Shown here piece by piece: positions 1 through 19,550 of a DNA stretch of 64,000 bases. Position 1 is the first letter of the stretch, and each line of letters begins with the position of its first letter. The notes under the pieces are model-generated. The model did no database searches, had not been told where the DNA came from, and saw only the letters and a list, made by a program, of their open reading frames with translations. A program made the position numbers and the translations under genes. Source of the stretch: the human T2T-CHM13v2.0 reference genome, Homo sapiens; the NCBI RefSeq assembly GCF_009914755.1, contig NC_060929.1; one strand, given 5' to 3'.

Positions 1-4800
<4,800 letters not shown>

Positions 4801-5269
4801 GTAGATAGTCCCAACCGCTGTATTCTTTTTGAATCCTTTTGCCACTGTTTCATATCACAGTTTTTTTTTTTTTCTGAGCCCTAGATTATCAGTCTGTTCT
4901 TTTTTTTTTTTTTTTTTTTTAATGTAGTCCATAGGAATCTGCTGCCTCACGGTCAGTATCGTGCCCCTTACCCCAATTCTAATATGACAGGTTTTTGTCT
5001 AAGACAGCATTTCCTAGAATGTGTTGTAATGTACAGCAGCTTCATGTGATAATTCTCAAAGACTCCCACTGTCAAATGTTAGCATATTCAAGGCTCTGCC
5101 AGGACTTGTAATACATATTCTTTCTTTATTCTGTTTAACTTAGCATTTCTGAAACCTATCTTACTACTGAACTCTTGACATTTATTAACAAACAAATACA
5201 AACAAAAATACCAGGGTTCCAAGTAAAATTCTTATATAAAGCAAAGGGCTTTAAACATCAGAGTTTTTT

Positions 5270-5960
5270 AGAATGGTTATTCACTCATGCACTCAACAAA
5301 CACTTATTACATAGTATGTGCCAGCATAGGGGATACAGTAATAAACAAAACAGACAAGTTCCCTGTTCATGTAAACCTTGGACTTATGGGGCAAAAAGAC
5401 AATAAACAAGCAGACAAAAAAAAATTACAAACACTCTCAATGAAGGAAAAGAGGGTAACATCGTACATTGATGGGGGACTATAAAATTAAGTAGTAAGGA
5501 AAAGCTGCACTTGAGAAGGTGGTATTTGGGAAGAGACTCGAATGCCTAGAATAAGCCAACCAGATTTGGGGCACAGCACTCTCAACAAAGGCTGAGTAAC
5601 ACAGCCAGTCTGAGGGAGGACAGGTCTACGGAATGAGAGCCGAAGCAAGTCAAGGCAACATCACGTGGGTCCTGAGGGTATGAGCCTTCCAGAGGGTGTG
5701 AGGATACCATTAGAAGGTTCTGAGCAGGGAATGATAGGATGTGATTTACATTTTGTAAAGCTGTCTCTGTAGAGGATAGTTTGTAAAAGTGCTTGAGGCA
5801 AAACTGACAAGACTTGAAGACTTGCACAACAGAACTGAAGAAATGAGAAGAATCAACTCCTAGACTTCTGGGATGATCAATGTCTAGGATGGACATTGGT
5901 GCCATTTGCAAGATGGAGAAGACCGGGGGAGGTACGGATTTAAAGGAGGGTATGTAAGGA
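5270..5960 (-). mobile_element. L2 LINE 3'-end relic
   Basis: cattcactca..caacaaacacttatt..atgtgccag..gatacagtaataaacaaaacagacaagttccctg, typical of the reverse-complemented L2 3' end, followed by purine-rich L2-like body. Confidence 0.6.
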
Positions 5961-8381
5961 GAAAGAAGAATCCTATGAGACAAGACCAGAACATGTAAAT
6001 ACATGAAGTTTTGGATTTCTTACTCTTCAAAGACATTTTACCTCCTGTCCCCGAAGTTCTTCACAGAGTTCAGGATAAGAAAAGCTGCCAGACAGTTGAG
6101 TTTTGAATAAGTAGTAACTTTCAAACACTTGAAAGACATTATATTAGAATAGACTACATCCATCAAAATACTTAAAAATGTTTTTAGAATAGTCCAATAA
6201 TTTGGAATATGAAAGCCTAAGAAACTTCCTTATCCAAGGCCACATAATATAACCAAAATTAGAATTTAGTACTCCTAGTTGGCAATATTTTTATGAAATT
6301 ACTGTTTTACTAAGACATTTTAGAAATGAAGACTTTACTGAAGGCAATAATAAGTGCAATTAAAAGTGGTACAATAAGAAGACTTCTTTTTCATTTGCAA
6401 CAGGTTAGTAGTGTATGAGAATTATGAGATGTAAAATAGTGTAGAGCATAGGCTTCTCTAGTTGGCTTCATGTGAGTTCGAATCTTGGCCCTGCCTCTCT
6501 TACCAGCAATGAAATATGCAGCATTTTACTTAAGGATACTGGGTTGTATGGAGAGAATCAGAGTTAAGGTTGGTGATCCAGCAGTGTCATGTGTCAGGAG
6601 CTAATAAATTGTATTGTGACCAGAAACACTGAAACTTGTTATAAGGAAAGCAATCTAATTAAAACAGCTGCATTAAAATTTCTACAATATCTTCCTAACA
6701 GCTTATGCTATCAACAGTTTGTAAACTATCAGAATCACGGATACTGGCTGAGAATGCTTTTGGAGATTTCAAATTGGCATAATTTTCTCAGAATGCACTG
6801 ATCTGACAAATGTACAGACAGGCAGACAGGAATACTACCACTCTTCATGAATAACTGTCTGCCTCTCCTGGATTTCTTCCATGTTGTGTAAGTCTATTAC
6901 ACTTTGGGTGAATGTAGCTTTAGTACATTGAGTTAATATCATTCTTGCAAAGAAGCTCTTTATAAATTCCTTAAACTTAATTTGACTCTGGACACAAACA
7001 AATGAGAACAAAATACAGCTCAAGGATTAAGATCCTTAACCAAATATGTAAAAAACACGAAAAGCCTTACAAACAGTGATCAACAGTTAAACATGCGCTA
7101 TCACCTTCCCCTAACAGCTAGGGAAGCATGTATATGAATGGAACATATGAACTTCCATTTGGTGTACTAAGAAAACACATCACGCAGATGGCTTTTATAG
7201 CTTCCCAAATAAGGTTCTAATAATTCACAAAAGTGTTGTTCCCTAAAACCCATAATAAACAATAATAAAACCTAATGTTTATTGAGGGTCTACTATGTGT
7301 CAAGGAGAGTCCTATGTACTCTCCTGGAATTACTTCATTTATTTCTAATAATAACCTTTAATGAGCACTGTCACTCCCGTTTCACAGATGAGCCTTAAGG
7401 TCTTAGCTATCAACTTTGCAGACAACACCCAAGTAAAATCCTGCCCCCTCTTTTTTTTTTTTTTTTTTTAACCAGAAATCCAGTCCTGACAACTGAAAGC
7501 TAATAGGGCATTTCCGCTTAGATACATAGCCTTACCTAAATTATATGTCTAAAAACTTAACTGTCATATTGTCCAGCCCTCCCCCAATACCCAACTGGCT
7601 TCTCTTCATGATTTTCCAACTATAATTCTGTCCATTATTCAGGTTTAGAATTTCATGCTTTCTTCTGGCTGTGGTCCTGCCAAGTCTTATGTATGCTGTC
7701 ACCCTTCTCTGTGCAATCTTTCTCCTACTCATTCCTCTCTTTTCATCACTATCCTATTTCAGGCCCTTATCACTCTTACACCTAATTCCCTAACGGTTTC
7801 TTCTTGCTTTCAGTACAATTTCCCCTTGATATAATCTATCCTGCACACTACCACCAGATATAACCTTCTAAAGTCACCTTATTTTAGTTTCTTCATAATA
7901 TTTTCCTTATAGTCAAATGTAAGGGTTCTTCATGAATTATAGGACAATGTGCAAATGGCTTGACCTGGCATTTAAGACAGTCTGCAGTATGGCCTCAATC
8001 TACATTTCTCACACCTGCCACTGGTCCTATAATCACATCCTCTGTTCCAGAGAGGCTCACTCCTCCAGAATGCCCACTACCCTCCTCTCCAGCAAACATA
8101 CAATAAAGCGAATCCACATGAATACCCCATCCTACCCTGCCTTATCCAGCCCCTGGAATACCACCTCTTCCCTATTAGATGCCTATATAAATCCTCAGTA
8201 TTCAAGATCCAGCTTAAGGAGCACTTTTTCTGGGACCAATCATTCTGGTCCTCTGTATTGAATACTCGAACTCCTCTACAGGACAGGAACATAATGTATT
8301 ATTACCCTATCATTCATTAACACACAACAGGCTTACATTATATGGCTGGTTGTATTTTCAGAGGTATGTCTATATGTTTCG

Positions 8382-8408
8382 CTATCTATCTATCTATCTA
8401 TCTATCTA
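8382..8408. repeat. (CTAT)n tetranucleotide microsatellite
   Basis: ctatctatctatctatcta... seen directly. Confidence 0.9.
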
Positions 8409-8687
8409 TGTGTTTGAATACAGATACATAAAAATCTCATTTCACCTATAAGAACCTCTGGAGCAGATACATGTCATACAATAATTGGGCTAAAACAAAA
8501 ATCCCTCAGTGAAAACCTAAAGACTGGGTTGTGGTTGTTTGCAGCCAAAACGTACAAAATGAAAACCTCCTAACGATTTATTTTCCACATGAAATTAGTA
8601 CCAGATCTAGAGAAAAATGGACAAGGATCAAATACAAATAATAAAGTCATCACCAAACTAAAAATTTCATTCAAAAGTGATGATGTT

Positions 8688-8987
8688 GGCCGGGTGTGGT
8701 GACTCACACCTGTAATCCCAGCACTTTGGAAAGCTGAGGTGGGCAGATCACTTGAGGCCAGGAGTTTGAGACCAGCCTGGCCAACATGGTGAAACCCCAT
8801 CTCTACTAAAAACACAAAAAACAGCTGGGCGTGGTCATGCACCTGTTATACCCACTACTCAGGAGGCTGAGGCAGGAGAATCACTTGAATCCAGGAGGTG
8901 GAGGTGGCAGTGAGCCGAGATTGTGCTACTGCACTCCAGCTTGGGCAACAGAGCAAGACTCCGTCTCAGAAAATTAAAAAAAAAAAA
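8688..8987 (+). mobile_element. Alu (AluS-like), full length
   Basis: ggccgggtgtggtg...A-tail; target-site duplication aaaagtgatgatgt on both sides. Confidence 0.97.
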
Positions 8988-11388
8988 GTGATGATGTCAG
9001 TAAAGACCCAAATCAGGGTCATATGTTTAACACCAGAAAGTTTGTATTTGCTACAAGACAGAAACCTTGACAAAATAACTTTTCTGTGCTTTGTTACTTC
9101 ATCTGAATGAAGAAGGTAAACCAGTTGATCTCACAAATCTCTTTCTAAGGGCTTCTGGAATTTTTTTTTTTTTTTAAACAATAAAAGGAAAGAGACTTCT
9201 CTTAAGCAGAACAAAGTCCGACTCCTCTGTAAAGTGGCTGACAGCAAGTGGAAAATGGAAGAAGAACAATTACCTGCAAAATGACTCATTCCCTTGTAAC
9301 AACTACACTACTAGGGAATTCCTTCTCTTACCGGCTGTGGCTAGCGTCAGACTCATGACAAAGACCTCATCCTGGGGCTAGAACTAGGTTTAGGGTTTTC
9401 TCATTCATTCCTCTGTTTCTCAGCTGCATTTTCATTTTTAATCTGTGCAATGATTACAGAGGCCTATGTTTGGTTTTCATTTCTAGTTTCCCCAGGAAGA
9501 GACAACTACTATCTTGATATTGATTAACACTTGAAACTTCTGTTAATCACAATTTCAGTATTTCAGGGAATCAGAGAAATCATTTGGAAGAGCCTTGAAG
9601 GTCATCCAGGGTGAGAGAAAAGCAAAGCACAAGCAACAGACCAATGTTTAGACACAGTGAAGTGAAGGCCTACAGGAGACCCTCTCAACTTCAATAAGAG
9701 TCTTTTTTATGGCTGTCTTCATATTCTTTCAAAGAAATCATAATAAAGGAGTTAGTGAGAGTGTAAATAAAAAATAGGCTATCATAGAGTGCTGGGTAAC
9801 TGAGCTAAAACTAAAGTAAACAAACTCAGTGGGCCATCACATATGCAAGCTGGTAAGGTCTCATAAATCACCATGACTGGGTATTGGGATTTCAAAGGCA
9901 CACTCTGTAAGCTTTCTCCCAGCCCTGTTGATTCAAGCTCCAATTGCACTGGGTTACTTATATGGCAGCATATAAAGTTGACCTTTTACGTTTAAAAATA
10001 GTTCCATTCCTCATCCCTCCTAAGGATAGGCCACAGTACCTATCATATGTCCCCACCACACTACATAATTTATGTAAGTTTTCACTTAATTTTCAACACA
10101 ATCCTTTGAGGTAGATTATGTTAGTCCTGATTTACAGGGAAAACAGAGGCTCAGGGAGGCCAAATTTATTTATTTATCCAAGGTTGCAACTCTACTGTAG
10201 GGCAGATTTATATCCAGAAGAGGAATTGCAAAGCTCCTCAGAATTTAGGAGATTTAAAATGGAATCAAGATAAAGGTTCACATTTTTCATCTTCTATTCC
10301 ATTTTACTCTTCCAGCATCTAATAATAACCTATGATATATTAGAACAAATCAGCCCATACTTATTTTGACAGTCTCTTTTCACCCCATTTCAGTTTGTAC
10401 CTTGCTGTCTCAGAGCCCATCAACCACCTTTCCTCACTCCCAGGCAGCCGGTCCTTCAGGGGATGGCTTGGCAGTTGGCCCACCATCCTCTGCTACCAGG
10501 GCATGACTCATGGAGGCAACAGGTGAAGCTGACGCCAACTATTAGTGCTAAAAAAGACTCAAGCCTCATGAAATATACCATCCATAAATCGCTCTCCAGT
10601 CAGCTCTACCCCTCCCTCCATTTCTACAGCTGACTGTCTGTTCTTCCTTAAACATTTACATCCGCCACTGACCTGTCTGGGATTTCTTTTTTACTTCAAG
10701 GCTCTCCTAAAGGTTCAGTCCAACCAGGTTTCACCAAATGAACCCTGCGGTGGAAAGGGGCAGCAACGGGCATTGGTCAGTTTGCCTCCAGCCAAGGAAA
10801 GTCTGACTCCCCTCCTTCTCCCACTCTTCTCTTTCTCTGCCTCACACTGCCTAATACGTCTTTCCTCTTTCTCTCTTTCTTTCCTTATATCTTCATTTTC
10901 CACCCTATTCAGAAGTGAAACTTCCCTTGCCACTTTGCCCCCACTAAGAAAACAGACCTCCAACACAACCTCTTAATAGGCTAATTTTAAAATCATGAAC
11001 CTGCTTACACCTTCCGTGAGTTTATCCTATATCTTCTCTATCTGCTGTCTGCTTCCCACTAAGGTTTTATCCCTCCATCCCACCTCCAAATCCTTTACAG
11101 CTCAGATTCTCAGATCTGCTTTAGTCACTTGGTCTCCTCATCCCACTGACCCTATTATCCTTCTGTGCACATGTTAGAGGGCACATGCTCCTCCTAGGAA
11201 CTAGGGCCAGGTCAGTTATGCTCCCATCCTGACATGACCTAGAGAACAAAAAAGGCAAAACGAGGTACTGTAGGATTCCTCTCTAGGAATTATACTTTGC
11301 TGAAATTGCTCTTGCTATTTTGGAATCTAGTGCTCACTAAATACATTTTTAAAATATTATTTGGATATATTTTGAAAATACAACCAGA

Positions 11389-11792
<404 letters not shown>

Positions 11793-11859
11793 TTAGAAGC
11801 ACATAGATCTTATAAAAGTTTAACTGAGCATTAGGTTTTCATCTTTAAAAATATTCTGA

Positions 11860-12175
11860 GGCTGGGTGCACTGGCTCATGCACTTTGGGAGGCCAAGGCA
11901 GGAGGATCACTTGAGCCCAGGAGTTTGAGACCAGCCTGGGTAACATAGTGAGACCCTGTCTCTACAAAAAAAAAAAAAAAAGTTAAATTAAATTAAAAAA
12001 CAGAAAAGCCGGTCTGGTGGCACATGCCTGTGGCTCCATCCACTCAGGAGGCTGAGGTGGGAGGATGGCTTGAGCCAGGGAGATCAAGGCTGCAGTAAGC
12101 CATGATGGCGCCACTGCACTCCAGCCTGGTTGACAAGGTGAGAACTTGTCTCCAAAAACAAAACAAAACAAAAAA
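11860..12175 (+). mobile_element. Alu (AluJ-like)
   Basis: ggaggatcacttgagcccaggag and gaggctgcagt J-type motifs; small 5' deletion; expanded middle A-rich linker; (CAAAA)n tail. Confidence 0.95.
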
Positions 12176-12391
12176 CGTTTTGACATGTAGAATACTGTTT
12201 CTGGGACTAAATTAGAGATTTAAGGTTTGAGGTATGAGAAAATACCTGGAATCATGCCTTACATTAGAAGGTAAGGTAAATACTGGTGTTTCCCAATGAG
12301 TTGTAGTCAGATTGTTCATATGTATCAAACAGACAATATACTGAAATATTTAAAAATAAGGCTAAATAGCAACAAATAATTTTTCCCATGA

Positions 12392-12687
<296 letters not shown>

Positions 12688-12697
12688 TGAATTCTAC

Positions 12698-12993
12698 TTT
12701 TTTTTTTTTTTTTTTTGAGACAGAGTCTTGCTCTGTCACCCAGGCTGGAGTGCAGTGGCACGATCTTGGCTCACTGCAACCTCTGCCTCCTGGGTTCAAG
12801 TGATTCTCCTGCTCAGCCTCCCGAGTAGCTGAGATTACAGACATGCACCATCACACCTGGCTAATTTTTGTATTTTTAGGAGAGACGGGATTTCACCATG
12901 TTGGCCAGCTAGTCTCTAACTCCTGACCGCGTGATCTGCTCTCCTCTGCCTCCCAAAGTGCTGGGATTACAGGCTTGAGGCACCACGCCCGGC
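12698..12993 (-). mobile_element. Alu (AluS-like), second of a tandem pair
   Basis: Poly-T then gagacagagtcttgct...gcccggc; followed by gaaattctactttt. Confidence 0.96.
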
Positions 12994-14998
12994 TGCTGAA
13001 ATTCTACTTTTGAAAGAACAAATTCCCCTTCTGTAGGGACTGATGATTCAGTCTGTAATGATGCATTCTCTTCATCTTCTTTTTTTGTCTTTTCTTCTAT
13101 ATATCCTTTAGGCATTCTACTGTATTAACACTAGATAGAAAAATTAAGATTTAGGCCCAAACATTATCTTCTGGCATAAAGTAAACTAATCTTTTCCTGA
13201 TGTACAATAAATAAACAGACATATTTCTAGTAGAAGATTCCTTATGATTTATCAAAACCCAATTATCACTTACCCTTATGGAGATCTTAGATCTTAGAAA
13301 CCATACTGACAATATAAGATTAAGAAAACAACAGAAAATCAAAATATATACCAAGGATAATGTTAATAGGTTTCATCCTTATCACAGCATACTGTTGAAA
13401 CTTACTTGAAATATTTTTTTAAAAAAGATACAAGAGGACAAGTGTTTAGTTTTTAACAAGGGAGGGGACTAGTCAACAAATATTGATTACCTAATTTATG
13501 AACAGCTCTGGCCAAAGTGGTCAAAAAAAAAAAATTAGGACTTTAGTTTTCCTAAACCTATCTTAATTTTTAACAGGATTATAGCTTTGTTCAATCTTTA
13601 CAGTCTTTAGCCTCTTTTGTGAAACGGGTTTCCTTGTAAATAATAAAATGACACCTATATATATTTAAAGCACTCATGAAATAATTTTATCTCTTTATTA
13701 AAAACTGTGATAACCCTTCCAATTTTGAAATTTATTGTCTTCCTAAATTCTTGCTACAAAGCCTATCATTAATATTGCAGTTCATTTTTTCCCTAAAGAT
13801 TGAAAAAAACACTAACAAATATAAAGTCTTTATGGTCAAAGAATGTACTCCTTTTATAAAACTCGGAGTTGATGTAAAGGCACAGACAACACAAGTTACC
13901 TTAATAATAAATGCACTTTTCTTTGTAATTTTGGGTAATTCAGTGTGATTTGTAATTCTTTTAAAAGACACACAATCACTTGTATTTTTGCATGGTTCTT
14001 TTTTTCCTAATTTCCCACTATAGTGAAATATCTGTTTTTCCTTCTCTATTGGGTTTGGATTGGAATGATCAGGTAGAATTAAATGTAAAATAACAAAAGG
14101 AAAATACTTTATAGATCTTCTCAAAATACTTTGAAGGGTATAATCTCTTTAAGATGGCTTTATTCATATTTAAGCCAAAAACAAAAAGCAACCAAAACAC
14201 TACTGTTTATACAAAAAGCAGCTTCAAAATCAGCCAGTTATTTTCTGAAATGGAGATGGCAGACATTAGCCTGCACTTACTCCAATATGGCAGCCGCATC
14301 TTTGCCTCTTTGCTATGGACACATCCCCAGCAGGCCTGTACTTTCTACTCTCCAGACCTGTTTATGACAGGCCAAGGTGTTTCCTATTATGGTGCCTATG
14401 GCTGCACAGTGCACTGCTTGTCAGTAATAAAAGCCAGAGGCTGTCCCTATAGGGATTACAGTGCAGCAGACCAGAGATGCTGATGGGAATGCAAGCATGC
14501 CCTAGGCAAACATTGCAGAATACTCTCTGACAGGCAAAAGCCAACAAACACATCCTTTCTTCCCAGACTAGCAGGGAAAGTATTCAGTTATGTCATTTTC
14601 ACTTGGAACAAACTAATAAGAAGAATGTTATTGCTAAAATAGGTAGAGATGAGAAAGAGCAGTTTATGACCATGAATATGGCCTCTATGGTTTTTGCCTG
14701 TGCACTACAAACTTGTAATTTAAACGAGATGAGATTGATCTAGCATATACTATGATAAAATTTCTGAGACATGAGTATCTAAAAGCAGAACTGAGATTAA
14801 GTGAGAAATGCTCAGGATTCCTGTCACTGAAAGAAAAAGAAAAAAACCTTTCTTGAAAGGCACAAAGTAGAATGCTCAGACTCTCCATCTACCAATACAA
14901 GGTAAAAAACAGCATTTGCATTAACCAACATCATGCATTCTTGTACTAATTTATGTGACTAACTACAAAATGTTATATTGACACTCACTGTGTAGGGT

Positions 14999-15031
14999 GT
15001 CAGGATGGCCAAGTGGTCTAAGGCACCAGAC
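14999..15031 (+). pseudogene. tRNA-Leu(CAA) 5'-half retro-fragment (33 nt), not a functional tRNA gene
   Basis: gtcaggatggccaagtggtctaaggcaccagac matches the 5' end of human tRNA-Leu-CAA (GTCAGGATGGCCGAGTGGTCTAAGGCGCCAGAC) with two CpG>CpA changes; no 3' half or B box; flanked by direct repeat gacactcactg. Confidence 0.88.
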
Positions 15032-15284
15032 ACTCACTGGGTTGGGCTAAAAACACCGTAGAAGACCTCATCAGAACAATAAAACAGAGACACAAAATAT
15101 TGTACTAAGAGTTAAGAGAATTACAAATAAAAGTTCTGTGGAAAGTCAAAGGTATCCAATTAGGAAAGCCTGAGGTGGGAGACATAGGACACCCCAGATA
15201 TAGGATGGGAAGAAGATGGGATTAAAAAAAAAGGCTTTATAAAGGATGTAACATTCCAGATAGGCCTTAAAAGATGGCTTCGAT

Positions 15285-16430
15285 CTTTTAAATAAAACTT
15301 TTTGTTTTAGAACAGATCTAGATTTACAGAAAACTTGTGTAGACATTACAGATAATTCCTATATACTCTACACTGTTTCCCATTTTTAATGTCTGACTTT
15401 AGTATGGCACATTTGTCACAATTATTGAACCAATACTGATACATTATTATTAAACAAAGTCCACACTTCATTCAGATTTCCTTAGTTTTCACGTAATTTC
15501 CTTTTTTCTGTTCTGGATCCCATCCAGGATACCACATAATATTTAGTCCTCATGTCTCCTGAGGCTCTTCTTGGCTGTAGGTATCTCAGGTTTTCCTTGT
15601 TTTTGATAACCTTGACAGTTTTGAGGAGTACTGGTCAAATACTGGTCAAGTTTCGAGGGTAGAATATCCCTCAACTGAGATCTGTCTGGTATTTGCCTCA
15701 TGATTACACTGGGGTTATATGTTTTCAGTAGGGAAACCACAGATTAAAAGTGCCATTTTCATCAGATCATATCGAGGGTACATGTTATCACTTATCACTG
15801 TCAATGTTGACCTTGATAACCTGGCTGAAGTAGTGATAGGTTTCTCCACTACAGTTTCTTTTTTTTCCCTTTCTACACTGTACTGTTTAGAAGGAAGTCA
15901 ATATGCACAGCTCACACTTACGGTGTAGGGGGTTATGTTCTCCCTCCTTGAGAGTAGAGTATCTATAGAAGTTATTGGGAATTCCGCACAGGAGGAGATT
16001 TGTCTATTTTCCCCCACTTAGGTATTTATTTAATAAATTGTATCAATATGGGTTTATGGATATTTATTTTACCCTTTGGGATATAATCCAATACTATATT
16101 ATTTTCTTGCTCAAATTGTTCTAGCTTTGGCCATTGGGAGCTCTTTCAGTTTGCTCTTGCAACTCTTCAGTATATTCCCACGGGTGTAGGGTTCCATTTG
16201 TTTGAGCAGGTCCTTACTTTTTGGCACTACAAGATGCTCCAGGCTCATCTTACATATTTCCTTCCTGAGTCCCTAGAAATCAGCTATTTTTTTTCAAAGA
16301 GTCTTGGTTCCTTTTACCAGAGAATGGTATTAGAAACCAAAATGAGGGTGCTAAGTGTGCTCATTGCTACTGGGGTATGGTAGCTTCTAGACCCTCTCGG
16401 CTGATAGAGCAAGGAAATATTTGTGTGTAT
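15285..16430 (-). mobile_element. Old L1M (L1MC/MD-like) 3' UTR fragment
   Basis: ttttagaacag..tagatttacagaaaacttg, ccatccaggataccacat..atttagtc, gttctagctttggccattgggagctctttcag motifs typical of old L1M 3' UTRs. Confidence 0.7.
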
Positions 16431-17628
16431 ACTAGATGGTAAGATGTTGAGAGGTAGAATGGAGAGTTACCTTCTTAATATACTTTTCTTAATATTAAAT
16501 ATTAATAAGATATTGTGTGCCTGGGTTACTTTCAGTCTTATGCAGAGGAAGAACGTATGTACATTCATTTATGAAAAACACTGGCTAGACTATTCTTCTG
16601 CACCGCATTATGCATTTCTGCTAGAAAAAGCTCAGAGATTTTCAGATATTCTGACAAAAATCTCAGGCTTGCTTGATGAGCTATACTGTAAAATTACAGA
16701 AGGAAACAAAGGGCAAACTCCTTGAAGGATGAAAATAAAGGAATAAAACATATAAAACACCACCAAAAAAAGTGATTAATGGGGGAGAAGAGTAAATAAA
16801 ACATTATAATAGTCCTCTTTGGTTAGTATCAATATTATTAGGTCACTTTATCAAAAGGATAGAAATCAGGATGGCAGACACCCTTCTCTAACCCTCACCC
16901 CCCAAAATAATAAAATAAAAACTAATGTTATTCCTTCACATATGGAAATGAATGAGTTCTACTGAGTATCTAGTATGATTCCTGACTCAGTCGAGACAAT
17001 TCCCATCTTTTAATTCATTAAATCACCACAGCAACTATTTAACAGATGAGAAAACTGAAGCACAGAAGGCAACGTGGCCCAATTTACGTTTGGTAAAAGG
17101 CAGAGAATGAATCCAATTCAGGCAGGCTGTCTATAGTAGGGTGCTCTAAATCCACGGACCATTCTGCCTAAGGAATGAATATTTTATGAATTGGAATATT
17201 TCTGCTGAACGAATTTGCCATTTTCTCCTCTAGTGGAGAAATCCAACTGAGGGTAAAGAAGGAAAAATGTTGATTGTTTAAAACAATAAATTAGTCTCTA
17301 AATTGTTCTTGCAGCTGATTTAGACTAGTGTGTCCAAAAGTATGCCCAGTGTTAGTAAATGGTAGGCAAAATGCTTTAAGGTGGTGCAAGATGAATGTTT
17401 TCTCATTTTGTTATTCATTAATTTTAGAAAAAATACAGAAAAAATATAACTTGAACATCAAACCTATGATTTCATGTATACCATTACTTAAGATGAGGCA
17501 CTTGGGTGAGTATTTAGATTTAACAATAAGTTGCTCTTAGCATTTCTATACTTTGACAATAAATTATCCAAAAAAGAAATTAAGAAAATAATCCCATTTG
17601 CAATAGCATCAAAAAAATACTTAGGAGC

Positions 17629-17934
<306 letters not shown>

Positions 17935-18959
17935 CTTAGGAGCAAATCTAACCAACAAGGTGAAAGATCTATACACTGGAAACTACAAGACATTGATTTA
18001 AACAACTGAAGAAGACAGAAATAAATGAAAAGATATCCCATGTTCATGCACTGAAAGAATTAGTAATGTTAAAATGTCCACACTATCCAAAGCCATCTAT
18101 AGATTCAATGCAGTTCCTCTATTGATTCAATGCAATTCCTTTCAAAATTCCAATGTCTTTTTTTTTTCACAGAAATAGAGAAAAAAATCTTAAAATTTAT
18201 ATGAACCAAAAAAAGACCTAATAGCCAAAGCAATCTTGAACAAAAAGAACAAAGCTGCAGGCATCATATTCCCTCATTTCAAAATATATTATAAAGCTAC
18301 TGTAATCAAAACAGCATGTTATTGACATAAAAACAAACATCAACCAATGGAACAGGATAGAAAGCCCAGAAGTAAATCCAAGTATTTACAGTCAATTGAT
18401 TTTTGACAAAGGGTCCAAGAACACACAATGGAGAGAGAGGACAGTCTCTTCAAATAGTGTTGGGAAAACTGGATGTCCACCTGCAGAAGAAAGAAACTGT
18501 ACTCTTATCTCACACTCTATATAAAAATCAACTCAAAAGAGATATAAAGGCTTAAACATAAGACCTGAAACTGTAAAGCTACTAGAAGAAAATATAAGGG
18601 AAAATCTCCACAACAATGGTCTGGGCAATGATTTCTTGGATAGGACTCCAAAAGCACAGGCAACTAAAACAAAAATAGACAAATAGGACTACATTAAACT
18701 AAAAAGTACCTGCACAAGCAACCAAATAATAGAGTGAAAAGACAACCCATGGATCAGGAGAAAATATCTGCAAACCATACATCTGATAAGAGGCTAATAT
18801 TCAAAATATATAAAAAATTCAAACAACCAAATAGTAAGAAAACAAATCGATTAAAATTAGGCAAAGGATCTGAACAGACACACTTTCCTCAAAAAAGAAA
18901 TATGAATGGCCAACAGAGATACAAAAAAAAAAAAAAAAAAAAAAAAACAATGTTCCCCA

Positions 18960-19240
18960 GCCCTGCACAGTGGCTCATGCCTGTAATCCCAGTGCTTTGG
19001 GAGGCTGAGGCAGGAGATCACTTGAGGCCAGGAATTCTAGACAAGCCTGGGCAAAATAGCAAGACCCTCTCTATACGAAAAAATAAAAAGCCAGGTATGG
19101 TGGCACACACCTGTAGTCCTGGCTACTTGGGAGGCTGAGGCAGGATCATTGAGCCCGAGAATTTGAGGTTACAGTGAGACATGATCATGCCACTGCACTC
19201 CAGCCTGAACAAAAGAGCAAGACCCTGTCTCAAAAACAAA
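18960..19240 (+). mobile_element. Alu (AluJ-like), diverged
   Basis: Dimeric Alu structure with J-type motifs, inside the L1MA. Confidence 0.93.
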
Positions 19241-19330
19241 CGAAAACTCAACAATATCTCTAATTCTCAGGGAAATGCAATTAAAACCACAATGAGCTAT
19301 CACCTCATGCCTGTTAGAATGACTATTTTC

Positions 19331-19550
19331 CTTTTTTTTCTCTTCAACTTTTAAGTTCAGGGGTACATGTGCAGGATGTGCAGGATGTGCAGGTTTGTTA
19401 CATAGGTAAACATGTGCCATGTTTGCTTCACGTATCATCCCATCACCTAGGCACTAAGCCCAGCATCCACTAGCCATTCTTCCTGATGCTCTCCCTGCAC
19501 CCATCCCACCCGCCAACAGACCCCAGTATGTGTTGCTCTCCACCATGTAC
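19331..19550 (-). mobile_element. Short 5'-truncated L1 (older L1PA/L1PB-type) 3' end nested in the L1MA
   Basis: cttttaagttcaggggtacatgtgcagg..ttgttacataggtaaac; degraded TSD aatgactattttc (19318-19330) / aatggctatgttc (19551-19563). Confidence 0.88.

Noticed and set aside
4861-4920. Two poly-T tracts after the L1 tail as a 3' transduction or processed pseudogene
   Set aside because: Wrong strand for a transduction tail of the + strand L1, no TSD or recognisable body found; the L1 5' TSD is outside the window.
14999-15031. Functional tRNA-Leu gene
   Set aside because: Only the 5' 33 nt are present; no anticodon, T-arm/B box or acceptor 3' strand.
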